Source of the DNA: Octopus bimaculoides
Lineage: Eukaryota
NCBI RefSeq assembly: GCF_001194135.2
Contig: NC_068981.1
Coordinates: 181,309,921-181,363,769 of the forward strand
Direction: 5' to 3'
Length of the DNA stretch: 53,849 nt
Shown here piece by piece: positions 26,531 through 39,257 of this stretch. Position numbers and translations under genes: made by a program. Under the pieces are notes generated by a model, which worked only from the letters and a program-made list of their open reading frames with translations, was not told the origin of the DNA and searched no databases. Numbering within the stretch: the stretch's first letter is position 1; every line of letters begins with the position of its first letter.

Positions 26531-27171
26531 GTGTGAAAAAATAATATAATGATAATAAACCTAAATAATATTGTTACCTCTTGTTAATAATAAATGGCTG
26601 AGAAGTAATTACAAACCACCTTATATCAAAGAAAGCAAAGGATTTTATATATAGACAAAGAAATAATTATTCAATATTTATATGTAGACATGATGCACAT
26701 ACACACAGCTATTTTTAAATAATTTTCAGTACAAGGTCATTGTCTGCTGATGGCTGGAGATCATTGCAGTTGTGGCACCCTCTTGTTATCTTTTATTCAT
26801 GTGGTACTAAACAGCTTGATGATAACTGGGTATTGTCTAGGTGTTTAAGATACATGGCTTTTAATAAATTAGAGTGCCATCATCAGCATTGCTCCTTAGA
26901 AAGTTCTTGAAAACAGGATTGTACAAATATGTGTGAAACTGAATCATCATCATTATCTTTTCCTGCTATTTCCATCCTGTGGAAGAATGCACACCAACAT
27001 GTGATGTCTCAAGAGTATTCAGAGAAACTATGTCAAGACCTGTCCATGCTGTGATGTTATCTCTCCATTAAAGCTAACCATTTACTATATTTTATTTTAA
27101 AATCAAAACATGCTGAATATTTAGGATACATACATTATATTCATACATATGTATGTGTATATATATATATA

Positions 27172-27320
27172 TCATCATCATCATCATTTAGCATCCATCT
27201 ACCATGCTGGCATGGGTTGGATAGTTTGACAGGAACTGGCAAGCCAGAGAACTGCACCAAGTTCTATTGTCTGCTTTGGCATGGATTCTATGGCTGAATG
27301 CCCTTGCTAATTCCAACACT
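27172..27320 (-). mobile_element. Short RTE-tail-related repeat (further copies at ~27568-27690 and ~28015-28130)
   Basis: (CAT)n followed by ccatgctggcatgggttgg...tgcccttgct. Confidence 0.7.
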
Positions 27321-28139
27321 TTGATGGTACAGAACTATGCCAGGTAATGGGAGGTATCTTGTCTTTATTTATTTATATAAATATATAAAGTAGACATGTA
27401 TACAATTACACAAAAACAAGATAAGCAGTGTTCTACCATTTCCTTAGGAAAATCCTGTTTTCTTTTTATATCTGTTTATAGAGAAAACATACCTCCATTT
27501 TCTAACTTATTTCTATATCATTAATATATATTCTGGTATACTTCCAAGAACTTTTATTCCTATATACCACCATCATTTAATGTCCATTTTTCATGCCAGC
27601 ATGAGTTGGACAGTTTGACAGGAGCTGGCAAGCCAGAGGATTGTACCAAACTCCAATGTCTGCTTTGGCATGGTTTCTACCTGGATACCCTTCTAATTTT
27701 TTTTTTTGGGGGGGGGGAGNNNNNNNNNNNNNNNNNGGGTTTTATATATATATATATATATATATAGATAAGTGTGTGTGTGTGTATGTGTATGTTTGTA
27801 CTGGTGGGGACGCTTGTGTTTATAAATGGAAATAAAATATTCAATACATAAAGTGGAGTTTATATATTTCACCAGAAGCTGAAGTTTCTTGAATCATTAT
27901 ACAGTTTCACATTTACAAATATCCAAACAATTCAATCATTTTGAATAATTGGGAACATGAAAGTCAGAGGTAACAGTTCAAGATGTTTCAGTTTCCACAA
28001 TATATCCTCCTCCTCCTCATCATCATCATTTCATGTCCGTGTTCCATGCTAGCATGAGTGGGATGGTACCACAAGAGCTGGCCAGGCCGAAGCCTGCACC
28101 AGACCTCTGTGACTGTTTTGGTAGGATTTGCAGAAATTA

Positions 28140-28214
28140 CAGTGACTCAATGGCCAAAAGTTTCATACACCGATGAGTGTCCATGCATGAAACTCTTGGC
28201 CTTGAGCCACTCTG
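28140..28214. mobile_element. 75-bp palindromic Tc1/mariner-type MITE, TA-flanked
   Basis: TA|cagtgactcaatggccaaaagtttcat ... atgaaactcttggccttgagccactctg|TA. Confidence 0.65.
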
Positions 28215-29097
28215 TAACTTCAGTTGATTAATATTATATATATTTATGTTTTGAGTTCTAGTTTCCTGTTAGTATCACGAACAAATATATGTATGCAAGA
28301 ATGTACATATGTACAATATTTATAGAAAGTAAGTAGTAAAACAAATTTAGACAACCTTAAATATTAATAAAAATAAAAGTGAAGGAAATGATCATAGAAC
28401 ACTCAATCATTATTTGGTAAGTAACTCCTCCTTTTGAACTCAACATCAATTGATGCTATATTTTGTAGGCATAGTAAATTCAATAGTAACACTATGTAGT
28501 TATGTGTACACATACACTTATATATCTATGTGTGTATGCATACACATAGCTACTTGGATGGTAGTTCATTAAGAATATACTTTTTCTCATGTAATTTCTG
28601 TATACCATAATCTTGGCATGTGTTTCTAAGGTGAGTGAGCTGTGTTACCATTATTGTTGCTGCTGGGGGACTTTTAATTTTTTTCAGTAGTCTCTCTTAA
28701 ATGTGACAAACAGATCTCTGTGGGTAAGAAGTAAGATGGTTGCTGTGGGTACCCTACTGAGCATATGGTACAAAAGAGTTTAAACAATCAAACAAAAGTC
28801 TGCTGACATTTCTTTCTGTGAGCAGCCTGTCTCTATTGGGGGACACACAGGTCTAAAAATTTCACACTTCAAATGTGTGGTCCCACTTCTAGTAACAGTA
28901 GGGAGTCAACTGGGGGAGGTGATTTTTGGTAGCTAGATTGAGCAAGGTGATTAAAAGGTAAAGTAAATGAAGAAAGTGTAGGCTCATACACAAAAATAAA
29001 CATTACAAAAATTTGGAATTTCTCAAATTGGATAAAACAAAATAAATAAAGTACTTCTGCAGAATATAGAGAAAACAAATTTGAAGATTGTCGTTGA

Positions 29098-29269
29098 CTA
29101 AGAGACTGAAATTGTACTGATTGGAGCATTGTTTTGTGAAGAAGCAAGAGAAGCTAAGTCATCAAAGTTGGAGCTACTGGCGACACTGGGAGATGCTGCA
29201 AGTTCTGTACCTCGGTCTTCCATAGCTTGGTAATCAACACTGATCTTAGAATCCAGGTATTTGATTCCA
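29098..29269 (-). CDS. SLC46A3-like: SLC46-family MFS transporter, terminal coding exon (GIKYLDSKISVDYQAMEDRG...STISVS*)
   Basis: Long polypyrimidine acceptor (ctctatatttttcag); phase 2 joins the previous exon (CT|T = Leu). It encodes a 56-aa Ser/Ala-rich tail ending in TAG at 29098-29100 and lies within ORF 29098..29436. Confidence 0.85.
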
Positions 29270-29857
29270 CTGAAAAATATAGAGAAATACAAGAAAGAAA
29301 AGACTTCAGAAATAAATAGCAATCTGTAGCTGTACCCAGCCTTGCTGGGGTCTATTAGTACATAAAATGTATACAATTTTATGAATTCATTATACTTTGG
29401 ATAAAATGATTTAAAAAAGATGCCAACAATCTTCAATTAGTCTAGGAGAGCTAATGCATTTAGAATTTTTAACATTCTGCTTATCTAGAATATGATCCAA
29501 GTTGAGTGATATAAAAATGAACAAAAAACAAATACAGAACTGGAAATAAAATTTTACTATTAAAATTTTCTTCTGTAGAAAACATGCTTTCTTCCTCCCC
29601 ATTCTGAATGTTCAACTAATTTGTATAATTACACTAAATGAGTTATTTTCCTAAAAATTCAGTAAGATTTTCTCATTTCTGTTGCAATACCACAGGGCAT
29701 ACAGTATACTATGTTCTTATGTTTTCTGTCATGAGCTAAAAAGAAAAAAAAAACATTCAGAAAAAGTCACACAATCTATGACCTTCACAATCTCTTCACA
29801 AGATTTCAGCTACGTTAGGGATCAAACTGTAGGCTACAATTTGGAACACCTATCCAT

Positions 29858-30100
29858 CATCATTGCCATCAACATCAGCTGCACCTGGCTTCCAATGCTG
29901 GCATGGGTTTGATGGTTTATCAGGGCCTGATAAGTCAGAAGACTGCTTATGCACCAATGCCTACTTTGGCATGGTTTCTAATACCTGGTGTCCTTCCTAA
30001 CACCAGCCATTGTGTGGCATGTACCGAGTGCTTTTTTCATGATAGCAGCACTAGTGATGATCGTTGCATAACTTGCAAGATGAAAGACCCAGTGGAGCCT
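29858..30100 (-). mobile_element. Old RTE-tail-related repeat followed by a purine-rich tract (~30100-30480)
   Basis: catcatcattgccatc...atgctggcatgggtttg...ccttcctaacaccagcc. Confidence 0.55.
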
Positions 30101-31114
30101 AGAGGGAACAGAAGAGAGAATGGGTGATGATTCTAAGCAGAGCCATAAGGGAACGGTAAGTAAGAAGGGGGGGAGCTGAAGGAGTATGGCAGGGAACAGG
30201 AGAGAGTGAATGGATTAATTGAGAAAAAGGGAGGGATAAAGTTGAAAAAGAGATGGAGTGAGTTGTGTAAAGTAGAGTTTAGGGTTGTTTATCATTAGAG
30301 GGGGTAAGAATGGACAGAAGGTGTGAAAGGAGGGGAACAGAAAGGGAGTAATAGATTAGGGTAGGGAAGGATCCTGAGAGAGTCAATAAAGAATAAAGAG
30401 ATATGGTTATAGCAGTAGGTCAGAGAGGGAAAGGTGAGAACAGCGGGTGCTGAGGGAGTTCATATACAAATAAGACAATGAGGCTGGTGGAATGAGAAAT
30501 GAGAGAGTAACATTTATAACTTTAGCAAGATAAAGTGAAAGTGAACTGAATTAATTTCAAATGAGATCATTAGTTCAAATGAGATAATTAATTCAGTGGA
30601 GCAGCTGTTATATCAACAGGGATACACATACAACAATATTACACTAAAACCTTGGTTTTTGTCCCAATCATTGAACTAAAATCAAGTTATGTTAAACCTA
30701 GTTAGGACTGAGAAAGGAGATCACTTGGAATCCTTTAAATTTTTTTTTATTTGTTGCTTAGTCAAAAGGAAAGGAAGTGCCCATGATGTTTTTAACCTCA
30801 AAGACTAGAGAGAGATAGAGAGGGAGAGAGAGAGAGAGAGAGTGATAGAGAGAGAGAGTGATAGAGAGAAAGAGATAGAGAGTGATAGAGAGAGAGAAGA
30901 TATCTTCAACTAGAAACTTGGCCAAAAAGCTTGCAACAGAGTGGACTTTGTCAAATGCACCCAAAGGCCAAGTGTTAAACCAAATGCTATAAACAGCCAA
31001 AAATGTTCACCTCTGAAAGGTCGCTTGATCTGATAGAAATAGCAGACAAATCTCCCTCAAATCACATCCCACTGCCTTATAAAAGACAAAAGCACATTGG
31101 ATAATGGAGTCCTA

Positions 31115-31712
31115 CATCATCATCATCATCGTCGTTTAACGTCCGCTTTCCATGCTAGCATGGGTTGGACGATTTGACTGAGGACTGGTGAAACCGGATG
31201 GCAACACCAGGCTCCAATCTAATTTGGCAGAGTTTCTACAGCTGGATGCCCTTCCTAACGCCAACCACTCAGAGAGTGTAGTGGGTGCTTTTACGTGTCA
31301 CCCGCACGAAAACGGCCACGCTCGAAATGGTGTCTTTTATGTGCCACCCGCACAAGCCAGTCCAGGGGCACTGGCAACGATCTCACTCGAAAATCCTACG
31401 GGAGCCANNNNNNNNNNTACAGCTGGATGCCCTTCCTAACGCCAACCACTCAGAGAGTGTAGTGGGTGCTTTTACGTGTCACCCGCACGAAAACGGCCAC
31501 GCTCGAAATGGTGTCTTTTATGTGCCACCCGCACAAGCCAGTCCAGGGGCACTGGCAACGATCTCACTCGAAAATCCTACGGGAGCCAGTCAGGCGGTAC
31601 TGGCAACGGCCACGCTCAAAATGGTGCATCTCATGTGCCACCCGCACAAGAGCCAGTCCAGGGGCACTGGCAACGATCTTACTTGGCTTGCCGGGTCTTC
31701 TCACGCACAATC
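31115..31712 (-). mobile_element. Young 5'-truncated RTE LINE (last ORF codons + 3' UTR + GAT tail); contains an artefactual 171-bp duplication around a 10-N gap
   Basis: The minus strand reads 'VREKTRQAK*', then a CpG-rich UTR nearly identical to 43198-43448. Confidence 0.88.
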
Positions 31713-31954
31713 TTTAAAAATCTCATTGGTCAAGGTCAAAATACATTTGTTCATAAATCTGCTTGAGCAGAGAGACCCAGACCTAAACAACAACAACTGA
31801 TGAAAGACACAAACATTGGCAGAGAGCGGAGTTTATTAGCTTGTTAACGAGTGAATATTAACAATCTGTCAGATAGTCCTCTTTGAGATAAGATATAAGA
31901 TTTTAGTGCACATAATATGAGAGGTGAGAAGATGGGTTATTGTAACAACTACAA

Positions 31955-32208
31955 AAGTAGTTCTCAACCTGGGTCGATATGGCCCTTCTAGGGCCCAATA
32001 AGATTTTGTTGTTAAAATTTATCTGCAATAAATTAGTTATACTTCTATAATACACAAAATATTCTAACAATTTTTGTTATATAATTCCTAAGAATATTTA
32101 ATTATAAAAATATATGATTTTTTAACCATTGAATGGCAAGAAAGGTCCATCTGAGTAAAACAGGAATCAAAGGGGTCTATAGGTAAAAAAAATGCTTGAG
32201 AAACACTG
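31955..32208. mobile_element. hAT (Charlie/MER5-type) MITE
   Basis: Ends aagtagttctcaacc ... gcttgagaaacactg; degenerate 8-bp TSD aactacaa/atctacag (6/8). Confidence 0.65.
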
Positions 32209-32850
32209 ATCTACAGGCTTGTTTCTCAAAGTTATTTAGCTAAATTTGGCAATATCAACAACAAACATTAGTTGGCATTCATAGACTTAGATAAAGTATA
32301 TACTGTCAATAAGAATATTTTGAAATAATCAAGCTAATCTTGATATGAACTATATTACTACTGTCCTGATTTTGTTACAAGTATTACAAAAACCAATATA
32401 GTTATCTTGTTTACACAACAGATGAATTCTATTTTCTTTTGTGTTGGAGAAATAGAATCAGAACAGATGAGAAATGATGAATGTATATGTATATTTTGAT
32501 ACAATGCTATCTCCTTTGTGATTGTGAGTCAAGTACAATCATTATTGATACCAATAAACTGCTTGCACTATTTTATTGACCCCATCAAACAGAAAGGAAA
32601 ATCAAGACTTGGCAGGATTTATACTCAGAAATTCTAAACTTGTACAAAGCGAGTTAATGGAAATTATAAAAGTACTTAGAATGATGAATGATTTTATAAA
32701 TGAAAGAATCTATAGTACTTCATATTAAGATATTAAATTCTTTTAAAGGGATTCAAATTGTAGGTTTCTAAGATACTATGGGCTGTTTTCTCGCTGTATT
32801 TAAATTTGGACAAGATTTTTTTTCTTAGTCTTCTATCAAACAGAAATCTA

Positions 32851-33045
32851 AGCCTTTAGTATTCAAATTCAAATATAATGCATGTTTGTTTTGAATTAGT
32901 CATGCATTTTCTTGTAATTCCAAGATTTCAATGATGTGATTGTTTATTTTTAGAATGATATTATAAGATTGTGTGAGAGACTGGATCTGGTCAGCTTGAA
33001 CATAAAACAGGTAGACTATTTGGGCCTAATATGGCTAGTTTAAGA
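32851..33045. mobile_element. Degraded copy of the piggyBac-type MITE at 47797-48016
   Basis: Shared core gatttcaatgatgtgattgtttatttttagaatga...tgaacataaaac. Confidence 0.65.
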
Positions 33046-33347
33046 CAGAAAACATACTTTCTCTTTGAGGCTCTGATGGCAGCAGTAATATCTGAATCTT
33101 GACTATTACCAATAGAAATTGAGGAACTGGTATAAATTATATCTCTTAGTAATTATAAATTTACAGAGAAGTTAAAAATAAGAAATATAAAAGAATAAAT
33201 GAAAATCTTCTAGTTAAGATGAACTATCAAGTAATTTATCTATTTTAATAAAGAACATATTGAATAAATGAGATATAGTTTTTAGTATTTCATTAGAAAT
33301 AAAAATGAGGAGATAAAATAAAATTGAAGGCAGTACTTGAATATTTA

Positions 33348-34235
33348 GATCGAGACCTTTGGAAATATGCTGTGTGTGAGAAGACCTGGCAAGCCAAGTG
33401 AGACCATAACCTGTGACATTTGCCAGGGGTGTAACCAGCCCACTTATGCATACCTTTCCTTCATTGGACACTAAACTCTGCTTGCTAAGACCTGCTAAGG
33501 CAAGTGAAATCGAAATCGAACCAAATTCGACGACTGGCACCCGTGCCAACTTTTCCTTCATTGGACACTAAACTCTGCTTGCTAAGACCTGCTAAGGCAA
33601 GTGAAATCGAAATCGAACCAAATTCGACGACTGGCACNNNNNNNNNNNNNNNNNNNNNNNNNNNNNNNNNNNNNNNNNNNNNNNNNNNNNNNNNNNNNNN
33701 NNNNNNNNNNNNNNNNNNNNNNNNNNNNNNNNNNNNNNNNNNNNNNNNNNNNNNNNNNTGACGCAAGTGAAGTTGAAATCGAACCAAATTCGATAACTGG
33801 CACCCGTGCCAGTGGAGTGCTAACAGCACCATCTGAGCGTGATCATTGTCAGAGCAGCTGTCTTGCTTCCGTGCTGGTGGCACGTAAAAAGCACCATTTG
33901 AGCGTCACCTTATTGGCACTTGTGCCGGTGGCACGTGAAAAAACATTCGAGCAAGGTCGTTGCCAGTGCCACTGGACTGGCTCCTGTGCAGGTGGCATGT
34001 AAAAAGCACCATTTGAGCGTGGCTGTTGCCAGTACCGCTGACTGGCCCTCATGCCGATGGTACATAAAAGCACCCACTACACTCTCAGAGTGGTTGGCGT
34101 TAGGAAGGGCATCTAGCTGTAGAAACTCTGCCAGATCAGATTGGATCCTGGTGCAGCCATCTGGTTTGCCAGTCCTCAGTCAAATCGTCCAACCCATGCT
34201 AGCATGGAAAGCGGACGTTAAATGATGATGATGAT
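33348..34235 (+). mobile_element. 5'-truncated RTE LINE with long 3' UTR carrying ~97-bp tandem units
   Basis: Starts 'DRDLWKYAVCEKTWQAK*' and ends ...ccatgctagcatggaaagcggacgttaaatgatgatgatgat. Confidence 0.88.
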
Positions 34236-34569
34236 TGTAACACAAAACTCAATGATTTTTTTTAATACATCCCCCAAACATTTCAACACAAAGTAGTTCT
34301 TAACTGAAACCTTTTCCCAAATATTTGTTCAATTTTATGTCACTTATCAGGTTGGATAAGGTGGTGACTGGAACTTGTCATCAAATATATATTGCATGAA
34401 ATATTTAATGACAAAATATTGCCACAAACATATCTGAAATTTTTATATATTATATAAATTCCAGTCTAGTTCACACATTTTCCAAAGCGATTGCCTTTAC
34501 TTTCTCCATGAAAGAAAATTAGAGAAACATGTAATGAAATAATTTAGCAAATCCATACATGACATAAAT

Positions 34570-34765
34570 CATTGAGAAACACCATCCACAAAACAAAACT
34601 ACATCCTTCACTCTTCATTCTTCTCCTCGCCACTGCCGCTGCTACCACTGTCGTTGACATTATCATCATCATTGTTGTTACCGTCATTATAACCACCATC
34701 ATCTTTGCCACTGTCTTCATCCTCCTCCTCCTCATCAGCAGTGTCGTTGTCATCATCATTTAATA
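34570..34765. repeat. Degenerate CAT/CCT/CAC trinucleotide tract continuous with the tail of an RTE-related repeat (~34750-34900)
   Basis: Low-complexity triplets grade into catcatcatttaatattaatttttcatactggtatggg. Confidence 0.7.
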
Positions 34766-35396
34766 TTAATTTTTCATACTGGTATGGGTTGAATGGTTTG
34801 ACAAGATCCAGCTTGTCAAGGTTCTAATGTCAGTTTTGGCTTGGTTTCTACAGCTGGATGCTGTTCTTCCTAACACCAACCACTTTACAAAGTGTATTGG
34901 GTGTCTTTTTTATTTTATTTTAATTTTTTGTGTGTGTTAGCAGCACTAGTGAGGTTGCCAAGTAACTCGCAATATGCCTAAGATTGTCCTTCCATCACAC
35001 TTCAGCCCCTCAAAACCTGCCATAGAACCATCACCTTTCCTCCCCTTCTCAAATACCCCACCCCATTTAGTCAAGGAAGGTTTTCCATTCGCTATATTTA
35101 AAATTATATAGACAGAGTGGCACAAAAGAATGGGATTGTTCAGAAAAATTAATGCTTCGCTGTTGAGGTCAAAAGATCAAAACATGTCAGGAGTTATTGC
35201 TCAAATAATTAAAATAGCACTCATTAGTGAATGACTGATATTGTGTTTGTTGTTATTTTTTGTTAGCTTTTTTAATAATAAATGTACTAACATGAAAATA
35301 TTGGTAGAGTGTATGTGTGTATATTGTGTATATATATACTTTGCATGTACCATGCCCTCGTTGTTGGTTTTTTCTTCGTTTTTTTTTTTGATTAAT

Positions 35397-35431
<35 letters not shown>

Positions 35432-35639
35432 TATGGAGATGTACTTGCATAGTAAGTGACTTGATCTGAGATTGTGTGCTGAAACAAAAACAATTGCAGC
35501 ATGGAAGGTGTTTATAAGCCATTTAAAAACACACAAAAACCATTAGATTCACTTCAACATTTAAATTTAATTTGTCAAAATATTTTTGCTGTTTTGAAAC
35601 TGCGACCTGTTCATTGACAAAACATGTTTGTATATATAT

Positions 35640-35673
<34 letters not shown>

Positions 35674-36462
35674 TATCATTCAATTAATATATGTATGCAT
35701 GTGTATGTATATATGCATGCATGTATTAATTGAATGACAAAGAAACAGTTAATTCATATTATGCACTGTACTTGCCTAACATTATTCTGAAGCATATGTA
35801 TATTGAGTTTGAACAATAGGTTATTAGTATTGCTATGCCTAAGTGAAAGCATTATATATATATATATATATACATAGTTCCAAAGAAAGAGCAGAAGGTT
35901 TATTGTAACAAATATCTTCTGTTGCTTATAATCACAATACTTTAACAAGTGCACCTATCATTTCACAATAGATATAAAGAAGTCAGTTAGAAATTAGACA
36001 ATGCCTTAAGCAATCTAGAATTAATTATTTGATTTGAGAGAGAGGGGGGGGGGTGAGTTTCCAAGGAAAAACAAGTTGTTTAACCCTGGGCTATCCATAA
36101 TTAGGTAGATTTATGATCAAAAGTATGCCAGCTATTTCCCTCTCATCTTTTTAAAATGTATCTACGACTACATTACTGATCTATCCTTCCTTGTTTAAGA
36201 TACTAGGGTTTGATTGAGAAGTAATTTGAGTGGTATTTCTATCACATTAAACAACCACAAAGTAGTTCCTCTAGTTCAAATAAAATTGAGTTTACTAAGT
36301 AGCCATTACTCTGAAGATGTCTAAAACCAAAACCAAATAGATTTGCCTTTCAATTTTTCTTTTAGTTTAATCAAATTAATACAACTTTCTTCACATAAAT
36401 CTGACAAGACAATAGAAAAAGTGGTCACCATTAGACTGCTAATGAGCTATCTAAGTGTGTAT

Positions 36463-36896
36463 CATCATCATCATCATTTTGAAGTTCACTTTTTCATGCT
36501 TGCATGGGTCAGAAGGAATTTGTTGAGGAAGATTTTCTATAACTGAATGTCCTTCATGTCACCAACCATCACCTGTTTCCAAGTAAAACAATATTTTCCT
36601 GTGGCCAGACATGTTTCCACAGAAGATTGGAACAAAGGACACTGCTTGTATGACAGTGACATTTATTTACGACCATCACACAATGTCAAGACAAAGGGAC
36701 ACCCACACACAAGTGTGTGTGTGTGCGTTGGTGTGTGATGGGCTTCTTTCAGTTTCCATCTATCAAATTCACTTACAAGGTTTTGGTTTGCCTGAGGCTA
36801 TAGAAAAAGACATTTGCCCAACGTGCTACACAGTGGGACTGAACCTGGAACCAAATGGTTAGAAAGCACGCTTCTTAAACACACAGTCATGTCTGC
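36463..36896 (-). mobile_element. Composite SINE: family A tRNA head + (CA/TG)n hinge + RTE-tailed 3' module
   Basis: 36740-36896 matches the family A head; 36463-36705 matches 12820-13055 and ends in (GAT)n. Confidence 0.75.
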
Positions 36897-37051
36897 ATTT
36901 GGCCATATAAATCCTATATTTATTTTTTTGACTGCTGCCTTAAAAAAAAAGAATAACAATACAAAAATAAAAACATGCCTCCTCCACCCCCATTCCTGTT
37001 TCTAAGAAAACATTTTTTGTGAGAAATTGATTAAATTCTTGAGATACTTAC

Positions 37052-37208
37052 AGTGTAAATCCTGCAGGTATAAGTAATATTATGGCTGCTACTATAAATA
37101 TAAAACCGGTATAAAACCTCAGGGTGCTGGCATAAATGACCGTAAATATCAAAGGTGACAAGAAGTGAATCAAACTCTCGGCACAATGCATCAGAGCGAA
37201 GAGGGAAC
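37052..37208 (-). CDS. SLC46A3-like: SLC46-family MFS transporter, penultimate coding exon (GSLFALMHCAESLIHFLSPLIFTVIYASTLRFYTGFIFIVAAIILLIPAGFTL; TM11-TM12)
   Basis: Acceptor ctatcttttgcag and donor gtaagt; 157 nt, phase 1 to phase 2, in frame with both neighbours. Two hydrophobic helices match the SLC46 pattern 'QGxLF...IY..T...GF.FL.A...LLIPA'. Confidence 0.92.
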
Positions 37209-37899
37209 CTGCAAAAGATAGGTTTTTATTGTATATAAAAAAGTGTACATATAGGTATTAGTTACAAATATGATGTACAGGATGTGATACAATATACAAG
37301 AATTAATGTCTACACAGATATATGAGCAAGCTTTCATATAGTCACTGCATCCACACATTTAGTCACCCAGAAATTTCTAGATACATTAGAAACAGTATTC
37401 AATCACCTTCCCTTAGTCCTAACTCTGAGTTGGGTGGCCAAATATTTATTTCAAATTTTGGTACAAAACCAGCAATTTTGGGGTCGTGCGTAAGTTGATT
37501 ACATTGACCCAAGTATTCAATTGCCACTCATTTTATTGACCCCTCCCCACAAGGATGAAGTCAACCTCAGCAGGATTTGAACTCTGAATGTAAAGACAGA
37601 CAAAATGCCACTAAGCATTCTGTCCAGTGTGCTAATGATTTTGCCAGCTCACTGCTTGCAGGTTGTCAAATATTAGTTTCAAAATTTGACATAAGGCCAG
37701 AAATGTTGAGGGAGGGTAAGTCAATTACATCAACCCCAGTGCACAACATTATATAGGGTAGATGGGAGTAGCTGGGCAAAAACATTACAGTAATGGGAAG
37801 GTTGAGCAAACTCTCTAGATACATAAAGGTGAACATAAGAGAGGACATAGGAGAGGGTGGATAGTTTCATAAGAGATGACTTATTTGGTGAGCTTACAA

Positions 37900-38135
37900 T
37901 ACGATAGATCCTTCTTGAGTCACATGGACTCATAAGGCCAGTTATCTGGTTTCTGTGATGCATATACTCCCTCCTGGATAAGACACTAGTCCATCGCAGG
38001 ATTACTCATTGTTACCAGCTGAGTGGACTGAAACAATATAAAATGAAGTATTTTGCTCAAGTAAACACACCATGTTGTTTGGTCCAGGAATCAAAACCAT
38101 GTGTCTGACACCTTAACCACTAAGCCATGCACATT
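37900..38135 (-). mobile_element. Old tRNA-derived SINE
   Basis: Head gtgcatggcttagtggttaagg; body agtccatcgcaggattac...cagctgagtggactg...gtattttgctcaag. Confidence 0.6.
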
Positions 38136-38706
38136 TACATTGAGTGTACAATAGCTAGGTCTGAAATCTTTCAAGTGTTCTAGTATCTATAATGTACTAG
38201 GATTAATGGCTAAGAAGTGAAAAATGCGATTATATTTGGAATACTGTGTTTTTGAATCATCATCAAAACTTGATTGGTTACATGTAACTTCATTAGTTTG
38301 TCTGTTCGAAGTTGATTAAGATGGTACAACAACAATGGTGCTAATTTCTTATAAGTCTATTTTAAGTAAGATTCTTCATATACTATTTTCAATTCACTTT
38401 TAATTCAGCCACATTCTTTGTACTGTTTCAATGAAAAAGAAAATCCTTCCAGAACATAAAATGGTACTGCTTCCAATACTTACAAAAAAAAAAAAAAAAA
38501 AAAAAAATCATCTTTCCTAAAATATCTTTTTATAATTAAATAACTTTAATGAATGGTAAGTATAATTTTCCTTCAAAGAATTAGTCATAATTTTCTGGCT
38601 CTGAAGAGATATTTAAAGAGTTGGAAAGCTGTACTAGCTGTAGCCATAAATTTCACACCTGCAAAATTGGTCAATATATATATATATTGTCACATAAAAA
38701 TCTTAC

Positions 38707-38790
38707 CTTGATCAGTTGGGTGTATACCACGAGAGACAATGGCACGCATCATTGGAAAAGGAAGTAATTGGAACGCAAGGAGTAGAATAG
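38707..38790 (-). CDS. SLC46A3-like: SLC46-family MFS transporter, third-last coding exon (ILLLAFQLLPFPMMRAIVSRGIHPTDQ)
   Basis: Acceptor ttttctgttttatctgacag and donor gtaaga; 84 nt, phase 1 to phase 1. The peptide matches the SLC46 TM10-loop pattern (human SLC46A3 'PFSVLRSMLSKVVRSTEQG', recalled from memory). Confidence 0.9.
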
Positions 38791-39189
38791 CTGTCAGATA
38801 AAACAGAAAATAATGTCAGATATTAAAAAAACAAAAACAAAAAGAAACAAAAAACAAAACAAAACAAAAAGAAAACAAAAAAAAAACCAACCCAAACATT
38901 TCAATATGATTTTCAGAAATAAAAAAAGGAAAAATTTAAATATTCTGTATTGACATTATACCACATTGGAGAAAAAGCAAATATTTTACATATTTTAAAA
39001 TTGGTTTCTGTGTTAGGACTGCAACAATAATAATGGTCTTGGTTGATTATTGACTCCAGTACTTAGGTCTGGTATTTATTTTATTGAATGGTTAAATCCA
39101 TCCTGATGTAAAGGTATGTAGTATATATTACAAAGTTCCTCAAGACATCAATTAGCTGGTGTGCAGAATTACATATCTCTCTCTCTCTT

Positions 39190-39248
<59 letters not shown>

Positions 39249-39257
39249 CTCTCTCTT

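Noticed and set aside
29270-29602. Hydrophobic N-terminal part of ORF 29098..29436 and ORF 29411..29602
   Set aside because: It lies upstream of the strong acceptor at 29270 and is intronic, T-rich read-through.
31237-31588. Exact 171-bp direct repeat (31237-31407 and 31418-31588)
   Set aside because: The identical copies sit on either side of a 10-N gap, which is typical of unmerged overlapping contig ends.
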